Assembly (NCBI GenBank): GCA_018649885.1 | Contig: JABIHA010000068.1 | Location: forward strand, 62,001 to 109,368 | Reading direction: 5' to 3' | DNA length: 47,368 nucleotides | From: Bacteriovoracaceae bacterium | GTDB lineage: Bacteria > Bdellovibrionota > Bacteriovoracia > Bacteriovoracales > Bacteriovoracaceae | In this document: piece by piece, positions 8,765-18,395 of the stretch | How the letters are laid out: each line of letters starts with the position of its first letter | How positions within the stretch are numbered: position 1 is the stretch's first letter | Made by a program: the position numbers and the translations under genes | The notes under the pieces: generated by a model | The model's input: only the letters and a program-made list of their open reading frames with translations | The model's database searches: none | Told to the model about the DNA's origin: nothing

Positions 8765-9802
8765 ATGACACCTCTAGGTAAAAAAAGCTCTAAGATTTCG
8801 CTCTTCTTGTTTGTGCTTAGTGTTATCTCACTACTCTATCTGAAAGGCTTTCAAAACTATAGCTACACCTATTCAAAAAACTATAGAGCAAAACTAAATT
8901 ACCCTATCAAATCGTGGATTTCACCAAAAAAAAACCAAAATCACGCTTTTTATTACGCAGTGATAACTGGAAAAAAGAGATATTTGGCCCGAGAGCTTAG
9001 ATCAAAAGTTCGCCTTCTAGGCCTTTCCCATATTTTTACCCCTTCAGGGCTACATGTAGGCTCTCTTCTATCAATTTTATCTCCGCTCAAATGGTTTAAA
9101 ATCCCCAAAAGAGGGCTTATTGAGTTGCTTTTCCTAACTTTTGTTTGGCTTTTTTCTCACTTTCTATTCAGGGCCAATGCGGCCAAAAGAATATGTATCC
9201 TCTATAGCATTTTTCGATTTCCTCCCCTCAAGTCCCTTAGCTTATCTCACGTCTTGGCCCTCAGCTTTTTATTAGACCTTCTCCTCGGTGGATTTGTAAG
9301 CTCTCCTTTTAGTTTCTTTCTAAGCCTTTTATTTATCGCCATTATTTTCTATTCCATTGATACTCGTTCGAACCGTGGAGATTTAGCTCTACGTTTTTTT
9401 TCAGCTCAATACTTTGTAGCCTTTATTTTTAATGGTGAGACCTCTTGGCTGAATATTTTATTTACTCCACTACTTACGGTACTTTTCACACTGGTATTTC
9501 CCTGTGTAACGCTTATGAAAGTTCTAGGCTGGAATGAGGGCTTTAATTATTTATTGTCACTCAATATTAAAGTGATCGAGGAAAGTTTTGATTATGCTCA
9601 ATCTTTTGGACGAACAAGTCCTGCGCTTACTACATCGCTCTTATTATTATTCGTTTCATTTAGGAGATTCACATATAAAAAAAAGATATTGGTGGTTTTG
9701 TGCTGGCTAATGATTCAACCAGCACAAATTCACCATAAAATTGATAGAATTAAGTTTAGAAGTTATCCAAAAGTAATTAAGCCGACTTTATTTCGACCTT
9801 AA
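8765..9802 (+). CDS. comEC: ComEC/Rec2-family competence membrane protein (membrane domain only)
   Basis: GLSHIFTPSGLH competence-domain motif, many TM segments, SFFLS and NILFTPL motifs; start uncertain. Confidence 0.75.
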   Translation: MTPLGKKSSKISLFLFVLSVISLLYLKGFQNYSYTYSKNYRAKLNYPIKSWISPKKNQNHAFYYAVITGKKRYLARELRSKVRLLGLSHIFTPSGLHVGSLLSILSPLKWFKIPKRGLIELLFLTFVWLFSHFLFRANAAKRICILYSIFRFPPLKSLSLSHVLALSFLLDLLLGGFVSSPFSFFLSLLFIAIIFYSIDTRSNRGDLALRFFSAQYFVAFIFNGETSWLNILFTPLLTVLFTLVFPCVTLMKVLGWNEGFNYLLSLNIKVIEESFDYAQSFGRTSPALTTSLLLLFVSFRRFTYKKKILVVLCWLMIQPAQIHHKIDRIKFRSYPKVIKPTLFRP

Positions 9803-11069
9803 ATTTACCTTTTAGTAATTCAAAAGTTTTTTCTTCTCTGATGGCATATTTTAAATTTTTCAAAATATTTGGATCACTTGAGTATTGTTCTTTTACTTGC
9901 TCAACAGTTAACCCAGCATGAGTACTAATTTCAGCTACTTTATCATCGACGTCTTGCTCACTAACCTCTAGTGAAAACTCATTTCCAAGTTTATCTAAAA
10001 TTAAGCCCGATCTAACCTGAAAAATTGCTTTTTGAGTAATATCATCACTCCACTTTGTGAAGTAGTCCTTAACCATTTGATCAGTAAAGCCTTGCTGTCT
10101 TAAATTTTGATCAAAGTCTCTTTGAACAGCTTGTTCTTGTTGTGCAATCATCGCACTAGGAACATCAAAACTATTATCTTCAACAAATTTATTCAAAATC
10201 TCTTGGTGAAGTTTTTCTTTAGTCGCCCTATCTTTTTGAAAAGTAATTTGTTCTTCGTTTTTAGTTTCAAAATCTTTAACAGACTCAAACCCAAATTCTT
10301 TTGCAAGCTCATCCGTTAATTCAGGTGTTTTCTTTTCTTTGATTTCGAGTAGTTCGGTCTCAAAAGTTACCTTTGCACTCTTTAATGACTCTTCATGATA
10401 ATCTTCTGGGAAAGTTAACACTATATCTTTCTTATCCCCAGCTTTCATACCAACCATTCCATCTTCAAAACCAGGAATAAATTGATTTGATCCAATTTCA
10501 AGAAGATGCTCTTCACCTTTCATATTTTCAGGTCTCTCACCATCTTCTTTCACACCTTGAAAGTTACAAACTGCAGTCAGTCCAACTTCTAAGGCACGGT
10601 CTTTATCAGTAACTTCAGTCATTTCTGACTTAGATCCAAGATATCGACCTTTAAGCTCATCGAGGTCACTTTGCTGAAATCCAGGGTTGTCCTGAGTAAA
10701 GCTGTATCCGCTATAATCTTTTATTTCAAAGCTAGGAAATGTTTCAACTGTAGCCTCAAAGCTAACTTTTTTATCTTCAAATTTTGTGTTGGCAAACTTT
10801 GGATAACCAACAGCTTTGAGATCCTCTTCTTTAATAGCATCAAAAAATTGAGCAGAAATAAATTCATGAAGGGCTTCATTTTCGACTTGAGGTCCATATA
10901 ATTTTTGAACAATATTAAGTGGGGCCTTACCTTTTCTAAATCCTTTAAGGCTCACTTCTTTTTGCTTTTTCTTAAGTGTGGAGTTGATTTCCTCTGAAAG
11001 ATCTACAGAGTCAAAATTAAATAGAAGTTTCTTGGTACATCCATTAATGGACTCAACAGTATAGCTCAT
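9777..11069 (-). CDS. tig: Trigger factor
   Basis: GFRKGKAP ribosome-binding motif; FKBP domain FIPGFEDG...FPEDYH. Confidence 0.97.
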   Translation of the reverse strand: MSYTVESINGCTKKLLFNFDSVDLSEEINSTLKKKQKEVSLKGFRKGKAPLNIVQKLYGPQVENEALHEFISAQFFDAIKEEDLKAVGYPKFANTKFEDKKVSFEATVETFPSFEIKDYSGYSFTQDNPGFQQSDLDELKGRYLGSKSEMTEVTDKDRALEVGLTAVCNFQGVKEDGERPENMKGEEHLLEIGSNQFIPGFEDGMVGMKAGDKKDIVLTFPEDYHEESLKSAKVTFETELLEIKEKKTPELTDELAKEFGFESVKDFETKNEEQITFQKDRATKEKLHQEILNKFVEDNSFDVPSAMIAQQEQAVQRDFDQNLRQQGFTDQMVKDYFTKWSDDITQKAIFQVRSGLILDKLGNEFSLEVSEQDVDDKVAEISTHAGLTVEQVKEQYSSDPNILKNLKYAIREEKTFELLKGKFKVEIKSA

Positions 11070-11099
11070 CTAACTTATCCTTTTTTATATGTATTTTAA

Positions 11100-11279
11100 T
11101 ACCAACTGCAATAATTAATTACGGGAGATTGGATGTCAGTTTTGCCAAGATTACATTTTTGTGAGGAAGAAAAACCGCAGGTGTGCCCAAGGGCACATCG
11201 AGGATTTTTCGACTGAACAAAAATGTAAGATTGGTGAAAGTGGCATCCAAGATCCTGTAATTAATTTTTGTAGTTGGTA
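11100..11279. mobile_element. 180-bp imperfect palindromic element, MITE/ERIC/RPE-like
   Basis: TA-CCAACTGCAATAATTAATTACGGGA...TCCTGTAATTAATTTTTGTAGTTGG-TA; arms pair almost throughout around the apex TGTGCCC-AA-GGGCACA. Confidence 0.65.
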
Positions 11280-11356
11280 TAACGTGCATTGGTAGCTCTC
11301 AGAGCACAAAAAGTCAATACCATGCGGGGCGCAATCCAGGGTCAATTTCAGTTTTT

Positions 11357-12112
11357 TTAGTATTCGACGTGGTTTAGATACAACCCACAAGCAGGTGCAA
11401 CAGCTGAGAGCTTTTTATCCATTTTTTGACTCAATGCTTTTTCAAGATCAGAAGTAGTGATTTTTTTGGAGCCAACGGCCAGAACAGCTCCCGCCATAAG
11501 CCTCACCATCTGTTTTAAAAAGCCTGAACCTCTTACCTCAATTTTGTAAAATACGACCCCATATGGCTCAGAGGTGTGCTGAGAAAGGCCCATTTTAAAG
11601 ATCTCTCTGACAGTTGAATTAACCGGAGTTCCTGTGCAAAAAAAGTTCACAAAATCATGCTTGCCAATAAAACACTGACAGGCCTTTTCCATCAATCCGG
11701 TGTCCAACTGATAGGATGTATTGTGCATCAAATCTTTTAGAAGGGGGTTCGCTGTCTCAAGATTTGTAAATAGGTAGTGGTAATCTTTGGAAAGAGCACT
11801 GTGAATAGGGTGGAAAGTCTCATCACAGCAATTTGTTTCAAGGATCCTGATATCTGTTGGAAGTAGTGAGTTTAATGCCTTAGTAAGAGAATTCGGCTCA
11901 ATTTGAAGTGGTATTTGCATTCTAAATACTTGCCCATTTGCATGAACACCTGCATCAGTTCTCCCAGACCCCACTGATTTCACATCATCTGACTTACATA
12001 TCTGTGTAAGAGCTTTATTAATTTCACCTTGGATTGTTTTTTCACTTTTTTGAATCTGCCAACCACTGTAGGCAGATCCCTTGTAGCAAACTTTTGCTTT
12101 ATAGATATTCAT
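11357..12112 (-). CDS. truA: tRNA pseudouridine(38-40) synthase
   Basis: YKGSAYSGWQ, GSGRTDAGVHA, GFLKQMVR, APACGLYL. Confidence 0.97.
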   Translation of the reverse strand: MNIYKAKVCYKGSAYSGWQIQKSEKTIQGEINKALTQICKSDDVKSVGSGRTDAGVHANGQVFRMQIPLQIEPNSLTKALNSLLPTDIRILETNCCDETFHPIHSALSKDYHYLFTNLETANPLLKDLMHNTSYQLDTGLMEKACQCFIGKHDFVNFFCTGTPVNSTVREIFKMGLSQHTSEPYGVVFYKIEVRGSGFLKQMVRLMAGAVLAVGSKKITTSDLEKALSQKMDKKLSAVAPACGLYLNHVEY

Positions 12113-13117
12113 TTAGAAAAACTCAAATGTCATACCGCCACCAAAACTTGTACCTGAAACACTTGAGCCAGCTTCTTTAAAATTAGAATAATTTTGATAC
12201 CTAATTCCAAAAGTTAAATAATTTTTTGTAATATCATAATCAGAAAGCATAAGGTGTCCAAAACGTGAAAGTACTTTGTTTAAATTAAAGCCCATATTTC
12301 CTTCAAAAAAGAATCCTGGACTCATCTGTGTTAGTGATTTTCTCTTATCTGATTTTTCTAGATCAGTTCTATGCTGAATAATCCCTAAAACTGAAGGACC
12401 GGCCATCGCTCCAAATTTAACCCAAGAGTTAAAGTGAACCTCTGCAACTGCTGCTATATCTAATGGAATAGTCCATAAGTAAAAGTAAGCATCACTCAAC
12501 TCTCCACCAGGGAAAACTCCTTTACCACGATTGTATCCAACCCCAGTTCCAAGCCCCCACCCAAGATAGAGTTTATCTCGATATAAAAAGCGACTATAAT
12601 TTATTTTTAGTGCAGGTGCTATATCCGAGCGGCTTGTCTCGTAAGCAGATCTTCCTCCTGCCCTAAAAATTGTATTAAATCCACCTGCCTTACTTTTATA
12701 GGTATAATCATCAGCATAGAACATTAGTGAAAAATTCTTATTTCCAATTTTGGTGGCCTTATCAATAATTTCCTTATTACTAACTTTTAGGTAATGGTCT
12801 TTATCAGCAAATTCTCCAGGAAGCTTCTGTTCAATGGACTTAACTTCATCCTCGTTCGTAATCTTTGGAGAAAAATTTCTTTGTTCAGTTCCAACATGCG
12901 ATTTTGAGTAATAGTCTTCCTTAACCTCTGCTCCATCTAATAGACCTTCCGACTCTTCAACTATAAAAGCTGAGTCTTCCTCCTTGGAATCAACATCTTT
13001 TTCCAATTGATCGATATAATCTTCGGGTAGCTGATCACCTAAATATTGATCAGAAAAACACTGAACTGGATTAAGAAGAAAAATAAAAAATAAGGTGCAT
13101 GAAAATAAATTACGCAT
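12113..13117 (-). CDS. Putative outer-membrane beta-barrel protein
   Basis: Signal peptide from MRNLFS (ATG 13117 overlaps the pssA stop), acidic N-terminal region, amphipathic strands, C-terminal GMTFEFF beta-signal. Confidence 0.65.
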   Translation of the reverse strand: MRNLFSCTLFFIFLLNPVQCFSDQYLGDQLPEDYIDQLEKDVDSKEEDSAFIVEESEGLLDGAEVKEDYYSKSHVGTEQRNFSPKITNEDEVKSIEQKLPGEFADKDHYLKVSNKEIIDKATKIGNKNFSLMFYADDYTYKSKAGGFNTIFRAGGRSAYETSRSDIAPALKINYSRFLYRDKLYLGWGLGTGVGYNRGKGVFPGGELSDAYFYLWTIPLDIAAVAEVHFNSWVKFGAMAGPSVLGIIQHRTDLEKSDKRKSLTQMSPGFFFEGNMGFNLNKVLSRFGHLMLSDYDITKNYLTFGIRYQNYSNFKEAGSSVSGTSFGGGMTFEFF

Positions 13118-13853
13118 GATCTTCCTCATTTTTCCAATTAAAGACATCTTGAAATTTCGATTTATGGGTTAAGTAATAAAGGATTGAGCCGAATACATAA
13201 ACTGTAATGATAACTGCTATCATTATTTCTTCATATACTAAGATTAAGGCCAGCAAACACATAATAAAAAACAGGGTTTGCTTTTTATGTTTCTGTACCC
13301 AATCAGATTTTTTAAATGAAGGAAAAGGAATATTGGTAACCATTAATATTGCATACAAAAAGATATACCCAAGGCCCAAGTAATTGAACTTTAAAATAAA
13401 TTCAAATTCAACAGATAGTAGTGTCAGCCCAATAATACCAAGAGCTGCTGTGGGTATGGGTAAACCTTGAAAATAGTTACTATTCACCTTTTCAATATTT
13501 GCATTAAACCTAGCAAGCCTTAAAGCTCCACATAACAAGAACAGAAAAGTTAGAACCATTCCAAGTCTTCCAAATCCTGTCAAAAATCGATAATAAAATA
13601 GTAGTGCAGGCGCCATCCCAAACGAGATAAGATCACTCATAGAATCAAACTGTTCGCCAAAAGCACTTTCAGTTCCAGTAAGCCTTGCAACCCTTCCATC
13701 CACCATATCAAAAATGGCACCCAATAAAAGAAAGTAGCTTCCTTTTTGAAACTCTCCTTTCATGGTCAACATGATACAAATAAACCCACACGCCATATTC
13801 AAGGCAGTAAAGGTATTAGGTAAAAAATATGAAATTCTTTTGCTGTCTGTCAT
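13110..13853 (-). CDS. pssA: CDP-diacylglycerol--serine O-phosphatidyltransferase
   Basis: LPNTFT, DMVDGRVAR...FGEQFDSMSD, LRLARFN, FQGLPIP. Confidence 0.95.
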   Translation of the reverse strand: MTDSKRISYFLPNTFTALNMACGFICIMLTMKGEFQKGSYFLLLGAIFDMVDGRVARLTGTESAFGEQFDSMSDLISFGMAPALLFYYRFLTGFGRLGMVLTFLFLLCGALRLARFNANIEKVNSNYFQGLPIPTAALGIIGLTLLSVEFEFILKFNYLGLGYIFLYAILMVTNIPFPSFKKSDWVQKHKKQTLFFIMCLLALILVYEEIMIAVIITVYVFGSILYYLTHKSKFQDVFNWKNEEDHA

Positions 13854-14548
13854 TACACTTCTATCCCTGCTCTAGTTTTTAGGCCCGCTAAAAAAGTCTG
13901 CGAATTATCGACACTCGACCCACTTTCTATTATGACATCATATTCTGGCATTAAGTACATCAGAAGCGTTCCACCCAATGGGAATTGACCGAAATTTGCT
14001 CCCATCTTTCCTCTATCTCCCGAACTTACCCACAATCTCGGACTTCCACCCATGTGGCATTTGACCATTTGAAGGCCCACGAGATTACCGTTTCTTCCTG
14101 TTAGTTTTACCAATATTCCTTTAAATTTAGTCAGCTGTTCACTGGCTGCCTTGAACTCATTATAGCGGTAAAAAGACTTTCCCTTTGTTTCGATTATTTC
14201 AGCGACTTCACAATTAAAGGGTAGGTTGAGCCCAGATTCGACTCCTATAGGTATCCTCATCTGAACTTCAGTAAGATTGTCTCCAAATATTGGATGATTA
14301 ACCCCGGCCCTTACTCCTGAAATTTGTCCATTTATGGGTGATAGGAGTGTTACCTCCTCTCTTTTTAAAAGTTCTTTATAGACTGAGCGGTTCTTCCTAA
14401 AAAGGAAAAACATGAGGGCCCATGACAGTAAAACAACAAGTCCGAGTGCTACTGACGCAAATAGCCAGGTCATCATAACTGAGACGAAGGCCATAAAAAA
14501 ATAGTCTAAACCTAGATAATTTCGAAACATATCTTTTGAATTTATCAC
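13853..14548 (-). CDS. Phosphatidylserine decarboxylase-like protein, catalytically degenerate
   Basis: TM N-terminus, LLSPINGQI and FGQFPLGGT; overlaps the pssA start by 1 bp, as in psd-pssA operons. Confidence 0.7.
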   Translation of the reverse strand: MINSKDMFRNYLGLDYFFMAFVSVMMTWLFASVALGLVVLLSWALMFFLFRKNRSVYKELLKREEVTLLSPINGQISGVRAGVNHPIFGDNLTEVQMRIPIGVESGLNLPFNCEVAEIIETKGKSFYRYNEFKAASEQLTKFKGILVKLTGRNGNLVGLQMVKCHMGGSPRLWVSSGDRGKMGANFGQFPLGGTLLMYLMPEYDVIIESGSSVDNSQTFLAGLKTRAGIEV

Positions 14549-14587
14549 AAAATTGATGGAAACCTAAGAGCGCCAAGCGCATGAAAA

Positions 14588-15208
14588 CTAATAAATCAGT
14601 GACTTCTTAAAATCTTTGTCTGCTGCTCTGTAGTACAAGATGGGTTTATTTACTGTCTTTTCTACCAAGGTAGTAAAAAAAGAGCTGCAATCATCATCTA
14701 ATAGACTATCAATGTCGCAAATCTCATCAGCTTCCAACTCAAACTTCGCACCATGAGTAAAAAGAGGTGGTCTCCCCCTTTCCACATAAAAAAGTGATAA
14801 TTCATTTTCAGCACAAATACCGGACACACACTCTCCGCCATCTTTCCAATAAGAGTAGAAAATCTCACCCTTGAAGGCCTTCGAAAGCCACATGCCACTA
14901 TTTGGATGGTAAAACTTTGCAAGATCCATTTGGTGGTAGGAGTATTTTTGTATTCCCTGCCAATCAAGTAGTTCGGAAATAAGCGTGCTCACTCTTAATC
15001 CAGTGTATGATCCGGGACCAGAAACATAAATAACTCCTGAAAGTGAATCTAGTTTACAACTATTTTTTGTGAGCAATTGATTAATTGTAGTATGAATGGC
15101 ACTTGCTGATTTTGTTGAGTCCAAGTGCCTTGTCTCAACCCATTTACAGGAGCTATCCAGGAGCCCCACAGTGAGTAAATATGTTGAATCAATGAACAAG
15201 TAAGACAT
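14588..15208 (-). CDS. tsaB: tRNA threonylcarbamoyladenosine biosynthesis protein TsaB
   Basis: LFIDST and GPGSYTGLRV motifs. Confidence 0.9.
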   Translation of the reverse strand: MSYLFIDSTYLLTVGLLDSSCKWVETRHLDSTKSASAIHTTINQLLTKNSCKLDSLSGVIYVSGPGSYTGLRVSTLISELLDWQGIQKYSYHQMDLAKFYHPNSGMWLSKAFKGEIFYSYWKDGGECVSGICAENELSLFYVERGRPPLFTHGAKFELEADEICDIDSLLDDDCSSFFTTLVEKTVNKPILYYRAADKDFKKSLIY

Positions 15209-15216
15209 GAGCTCTT

Positions 15217-16788
15217 TTAAAAGAAAACTCTATATATGTCATTAGCAAAAGCTGCGAAAATTAACAGCAAAATCATTGAAAGGCCAAATTGCTGAGCTAT
15301 TTCCATCTTTCTTCTAGACAGCGGGCCTCTATTAAATATCTCTATAAAAATAAAAAAGATGTGCCCACCATCGAGTACCGGAATAGGAAAGAGATTAATG
15401 ACACCTAAATTGACAGAGATCAGGGCCATTAGATTAAAAAAGTAGGATAAACTCACATAGAATGAGTCAGCAGCAGCTTTTCCAATAGCAATTGGTCCGC
15501 CTAAATTTTTCAATGAGGCTGATCCCGTTATTAATTTTTTAAAGCTCGATACGGTTTTTATGATGGAGTCCCAAGTCCTGCCAAAGGCCAGATAAAAACT
15601 CTCGAAAAATCCTTTTGAACCAGAATTAACTAATTTCGGGGGAACATACTTCACTGAGCTGTAAACGCCCATGGCCTTTACCTTTCTCCCAGCAACTTCT
15701 CTTACCTCAGGAGTTAGATCAACATTTTTCAAAACCCCATCGCTATAATAGCTAATATTTATACTCTCATGGTCTTTTAGGTCCTGAAGCTTAGTTCTAA
15801 GATCAGAAAACCCAAAAAGAGGCTTTCCGCCCATCCCAACGATAATCTCATCTTTTTTCAAATTTGATTTTTCAGCTGGAGACTCAGTAACGATGCTTTT
15901 AATTTGCAGGTCAGCAGGAAAGAGCTGGTTGTCGAAAAAATATTGATAGAACTGAACGTCAGAAACTTCTGGCCTGGAAAAATGTAACTCTTTTGCGAAG
16001 TTAACAGTAGGAGCATCATCCCCATTCATTTCAGTTACGGGATAAACGAAGAATGACTTCACAGAGCTTGCTGCCAACTCTTCAATTGAGTTCTCCCAGT
16101 TCAGCTCTCCCTTCTTATTAGTCACCACAAAGTAGCGACTGTCTTTACTAACAAAAAGCGGTCTTCGGAAAACCCTTTCAAGCTCTGAAAATTCTTTAGA
16201 AAAAATCTTAAATGGAATTCCTATGGCGAAGAGGTGGCTTCCACCATCTCTTTTGACTGTGATTGATTTAATTATTTCATCTTCACCCTGCATCGGGAAA
16301 TCTAAAATTGAATTAACATTTGTACCGTTAACTTTGATTATATGGTCTGCAGTTCTAAATCCTTGTTTGTGAAAATAAGACTGCTCTGAAATATATCCAA
16401 ATTTTGCATTGGGAACTTTTTCACCAGTCATAAGTAGAGCAGCAAATAAAAAATAGGTGAAAACAAAATTTGCTAAAGGTCCTCCAAACACAATCCAAAA
16501 TCGTGCCCACTTCCCTTTGTGATTAAAAGCATATTTTTTATCTTCTTCTGAAATCTTTTCTTTTCCGTAAGGGTCTTCCCCAAACATTTTCACATACCCA
16601 CCTAGCGGGAAAAGAGAAAAGGCATATTCAGTCTCGCCAATTTTTTTCTTAAAAAGTTTCGGTCCAAAGCCAAGTGAAAAAACTTCTACCCTTACTCCAA
16701 AAAGTCTTGCAAACAGAAAATGCCCTAATTCGTGAAAGAAAATAATGGGACATAAGAAAACAATAAAAATAATAAACTTCTCAATCAT
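15217..16788 (-). CDS. rseP: RIP metalloprotease RseP with PDZ domains
   Basis: HELGH, PLGGYVKM, NLFPIPVLDGG. Confidence 0.96.
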   Translation of the reverse strand: MIEKFIIFIVFLCPIIFFHELGHFLFARLFGVRVEVFSLGFGPKLFKKKIGETEYAFSLFPLGGYVKMFGEDPYGKEKISEEDKKYAFNHKGKWARFWIVFGGPLANFVFTYFLFAALLMTGEKVPNAKFGYISEQSYFHKQGFRTADHIIKVNGTNVNSILDFPMQGEDEIIKSITVKRDGGSHLFAIGIPFKIFSKEFSELERVFRRPLFVSKDSRYFVVTNKKGELNWENSIEELAASSVKSFFVYPVTEMNGDDAPTVNFAKELHFSRPEVSDVQFYQYFFDNQLFPADLQIKSIVTESPAEKSNLKKDEIIVGMGGKPLFGFSDLRTKLQDLKDHESINISYYSDGVLKNVDLTPEVREVAGRKVKAMGVYSSVKYVPPKLVNSGSKGFFESFYLAFGRTWDSIIKTVSSFKKLITGSASLKNLGGPIAIGKAAADSFYVSLSYFFNLMALISVNLGVINLFPIPVLDGGHIFFIFIEIFNRGPLSRRKMEIAQQFGLSMILLLIFAAFANDIYRVFF

Positions 16789-16800
16789 GGCGATTCCATT

Positions 16801-17622
16801 TTAGTAATAAAAGTAACTTAACGTGATAGCAAAAAACGGTGAAACGAATAAAATGCTATCTAACCTATCATACACGCCACCATGGCCAGGAATCAAAGAA
16901 GAACTATCTTTCAAATTAAATTGTCTCTTAAGCTTAGATTGGACTAAATCACCCAGTTGGGAGATCGCAGCAAGAGCTGCAATAGCGAAGCAAAATGGTA
17001 CGGTTACTGGCTTAATTAGAAAGTGCCAGGCCGGCGCCGCCAGAAGTGTGGCAAAAAATATTCCACCAAAAAAACCTTCGATCGTCTTATTGGGACTCAC
17101 TGTTGGCATTAGCTTGTGCTTGCCAAAATTTTTGCCCACGATCCATGCCCCAGAATCCATTCCTCCGGTAATTAAAATTAGAACCGCAAAAAGGGATTTA
17201 AATTTTTGGTAATGAAATAAGCTACTAAGCCCCATAAAGAAAACTAAGCTAAATAGTCCTGCAAAAAGAGGAATTTTATCGGACATATACTCGAAAAATG
17301 AGCTCTCTTTTTTATCTCTGAGTAGAAAAAATAGTAAGAGAATATCAATAAATAGGGCCAAATTAATCAAAATACCAGATAGGTCGGGTGCTTTATCCAT
17401 GAAATTCAGGTAAATATAAGGCGCAGAAAAAGTCGCTTGCGCCAGCACATACTGCACGTGAATTCGTGGCTTCCTAAAAAAATTAACAAAGAGCTCGTCT
17501 ACTACTAAGAAACCAAAGATAAAAACTAAGCCTAAGCTCACTTTTTCACCCTGAAGAAGACAGGCAATAACTATTGCAACGATAACAATGGCTGAAACAA
17601 CTCTCTTCACTGTATTAGACAT
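16801..17622 (-). CDS. cdsA: Phosphatidate cytidylyltransferase
   Basis: SPNKTIEG, GDLVQSKLKR, KDSSSLIPGHGGVYDRLDS; start reassigned to MSNTVKRVV, just after the uppS stop. Confidence 0.95.
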   Translation of the reverse strand: MSNTVKRVVSAIVIVAIVIACLLQGEKVSLGLVFIFGFLVVDELFVNFFRKPRIHVQYVLAQATFSAPYIYLNFMDKAPDLSGILINLALFIDILLLFFLLRDKKESSFFEYMSDKIPLFAGLFSLVFFMGLSSLFHYQKFKSLFAVLILITGGMDSGAWIVGKNFGKHKLMPTVSPNKTIEGFFGGIFFATLLAAPAWHFLIKPVTVPFCFAIAALAAISQLGDLVQSKLKRQFNLKDSSSLIPGHGGVYDRLDSILFVSPFFAITLSYFYY

Positions 17623-17629
17623 AAGGCAT

Positions 17630-18388
17630 TTACTCTTGCTTAGTTTGGGAAATGTGATTTTGGTGCTCTTTGGCCAGCTTTTTAGACAATTCAAAACTGT
17701 CAGTTGAGCTAACTGCTCCAAACCTTCTTTCTCGATTGGAAAAACCATTAATAATTTCTTTAAACTCTTGTGTTGAAAAATCAGGCCACTTGGTTGGCGT
17801 AAAAAAAAGCTCTGCATATGCAGTTTGCCAGAGCAAAAAATTAGAAATCCTATGATCTCCACCAGTCCTGATTAGAAAATCGACATCACCTAAATCTGGA
17901 TACTCCATGTGAGATGACAGAATCTCTTCTGTTAAAGTTTCACCTGGGTGATCCTGATTAAAGCGATTAACGGCTTCGACTATTTCTTTTCTGCCTCCAT
18001 AGTTGAATGCAAAAGTTAGCTTTAGTCCTGTATTAGATTTAGTGTCATTAATAAGTCCCGATATTAAAGATTTAGTATCCTCAGGAAGATTAGTAATGGA
18101 TCCTATTATTCTAAATTGAATGCCATTTTTTGTTATGCGCTCTCTTTCTCTAATAACAAATTTTTTCAGTAGTTTGAAAAGTGTTCTGACTTCAAAACCT
18201 GGTCGATTCCAGTTTTCGGTAGAAAATGCAAAGAGTGTTAGACACTCAATCCCAAGGTTTTCAGCTTCCTCTACAATATCCGGTACTCTAAATGAGCCCC
18301 TAGTATGCCCCCAGACTCTTGGACGAAGACGACCTTGGGCCCATCGTCCATTTCCATCCATTATAATTGCAACATGTCTTGGAGTCAT
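17630..18388 (-). CDS. uppS: Undecaprenyl diphosphate synthase
   Basis: HVAIIMDGNGRWA, FSTENWNR, IRTGGDHRISNFLLWQ. Confidence 0.97.
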   Translation of the reverse strand: MTPRHVAIIMDGNGRWAQGRLRPRVWGHTRGSFRVPDIVEEAENLGIECLTLFAFSTENWNRPGFEVRTLFKLLKKFVIRERERITKNGIQFRIIGSITNLPEDTKSLISGLINDTKSNTGLKLTFAFNYGGRKEIVEAVNRFNQDHPGETLTEEILSSHMEYPDLGDVDFLIRTGGDHRISNFLLWQTAYAELFFTPTKWPDFSTQEFKEIINGFSNRERRFGAVSSTDSFELSKKLAKEHQNHISQTKQE

Positions 18389-18395
18389 AAATACA

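Noticed and set aside
11100..11356. tRNA-Leu or 6S RNA upstream of tig; 79-aa ORF 11151-11390
   Set aside because: No cloverleaf or T-loop. The hairpin lacks the large central bubble of 6S (not formally excluded without an Rfam scan). The ORF is a by-product of the palindrome.
17623..17862. N-terminal extensions of cdsA (and likewise comEC, hemN and the 13147 ORF)
   Set aside because: They overlap neighbouring genes; downstream starts fit family N-termini.
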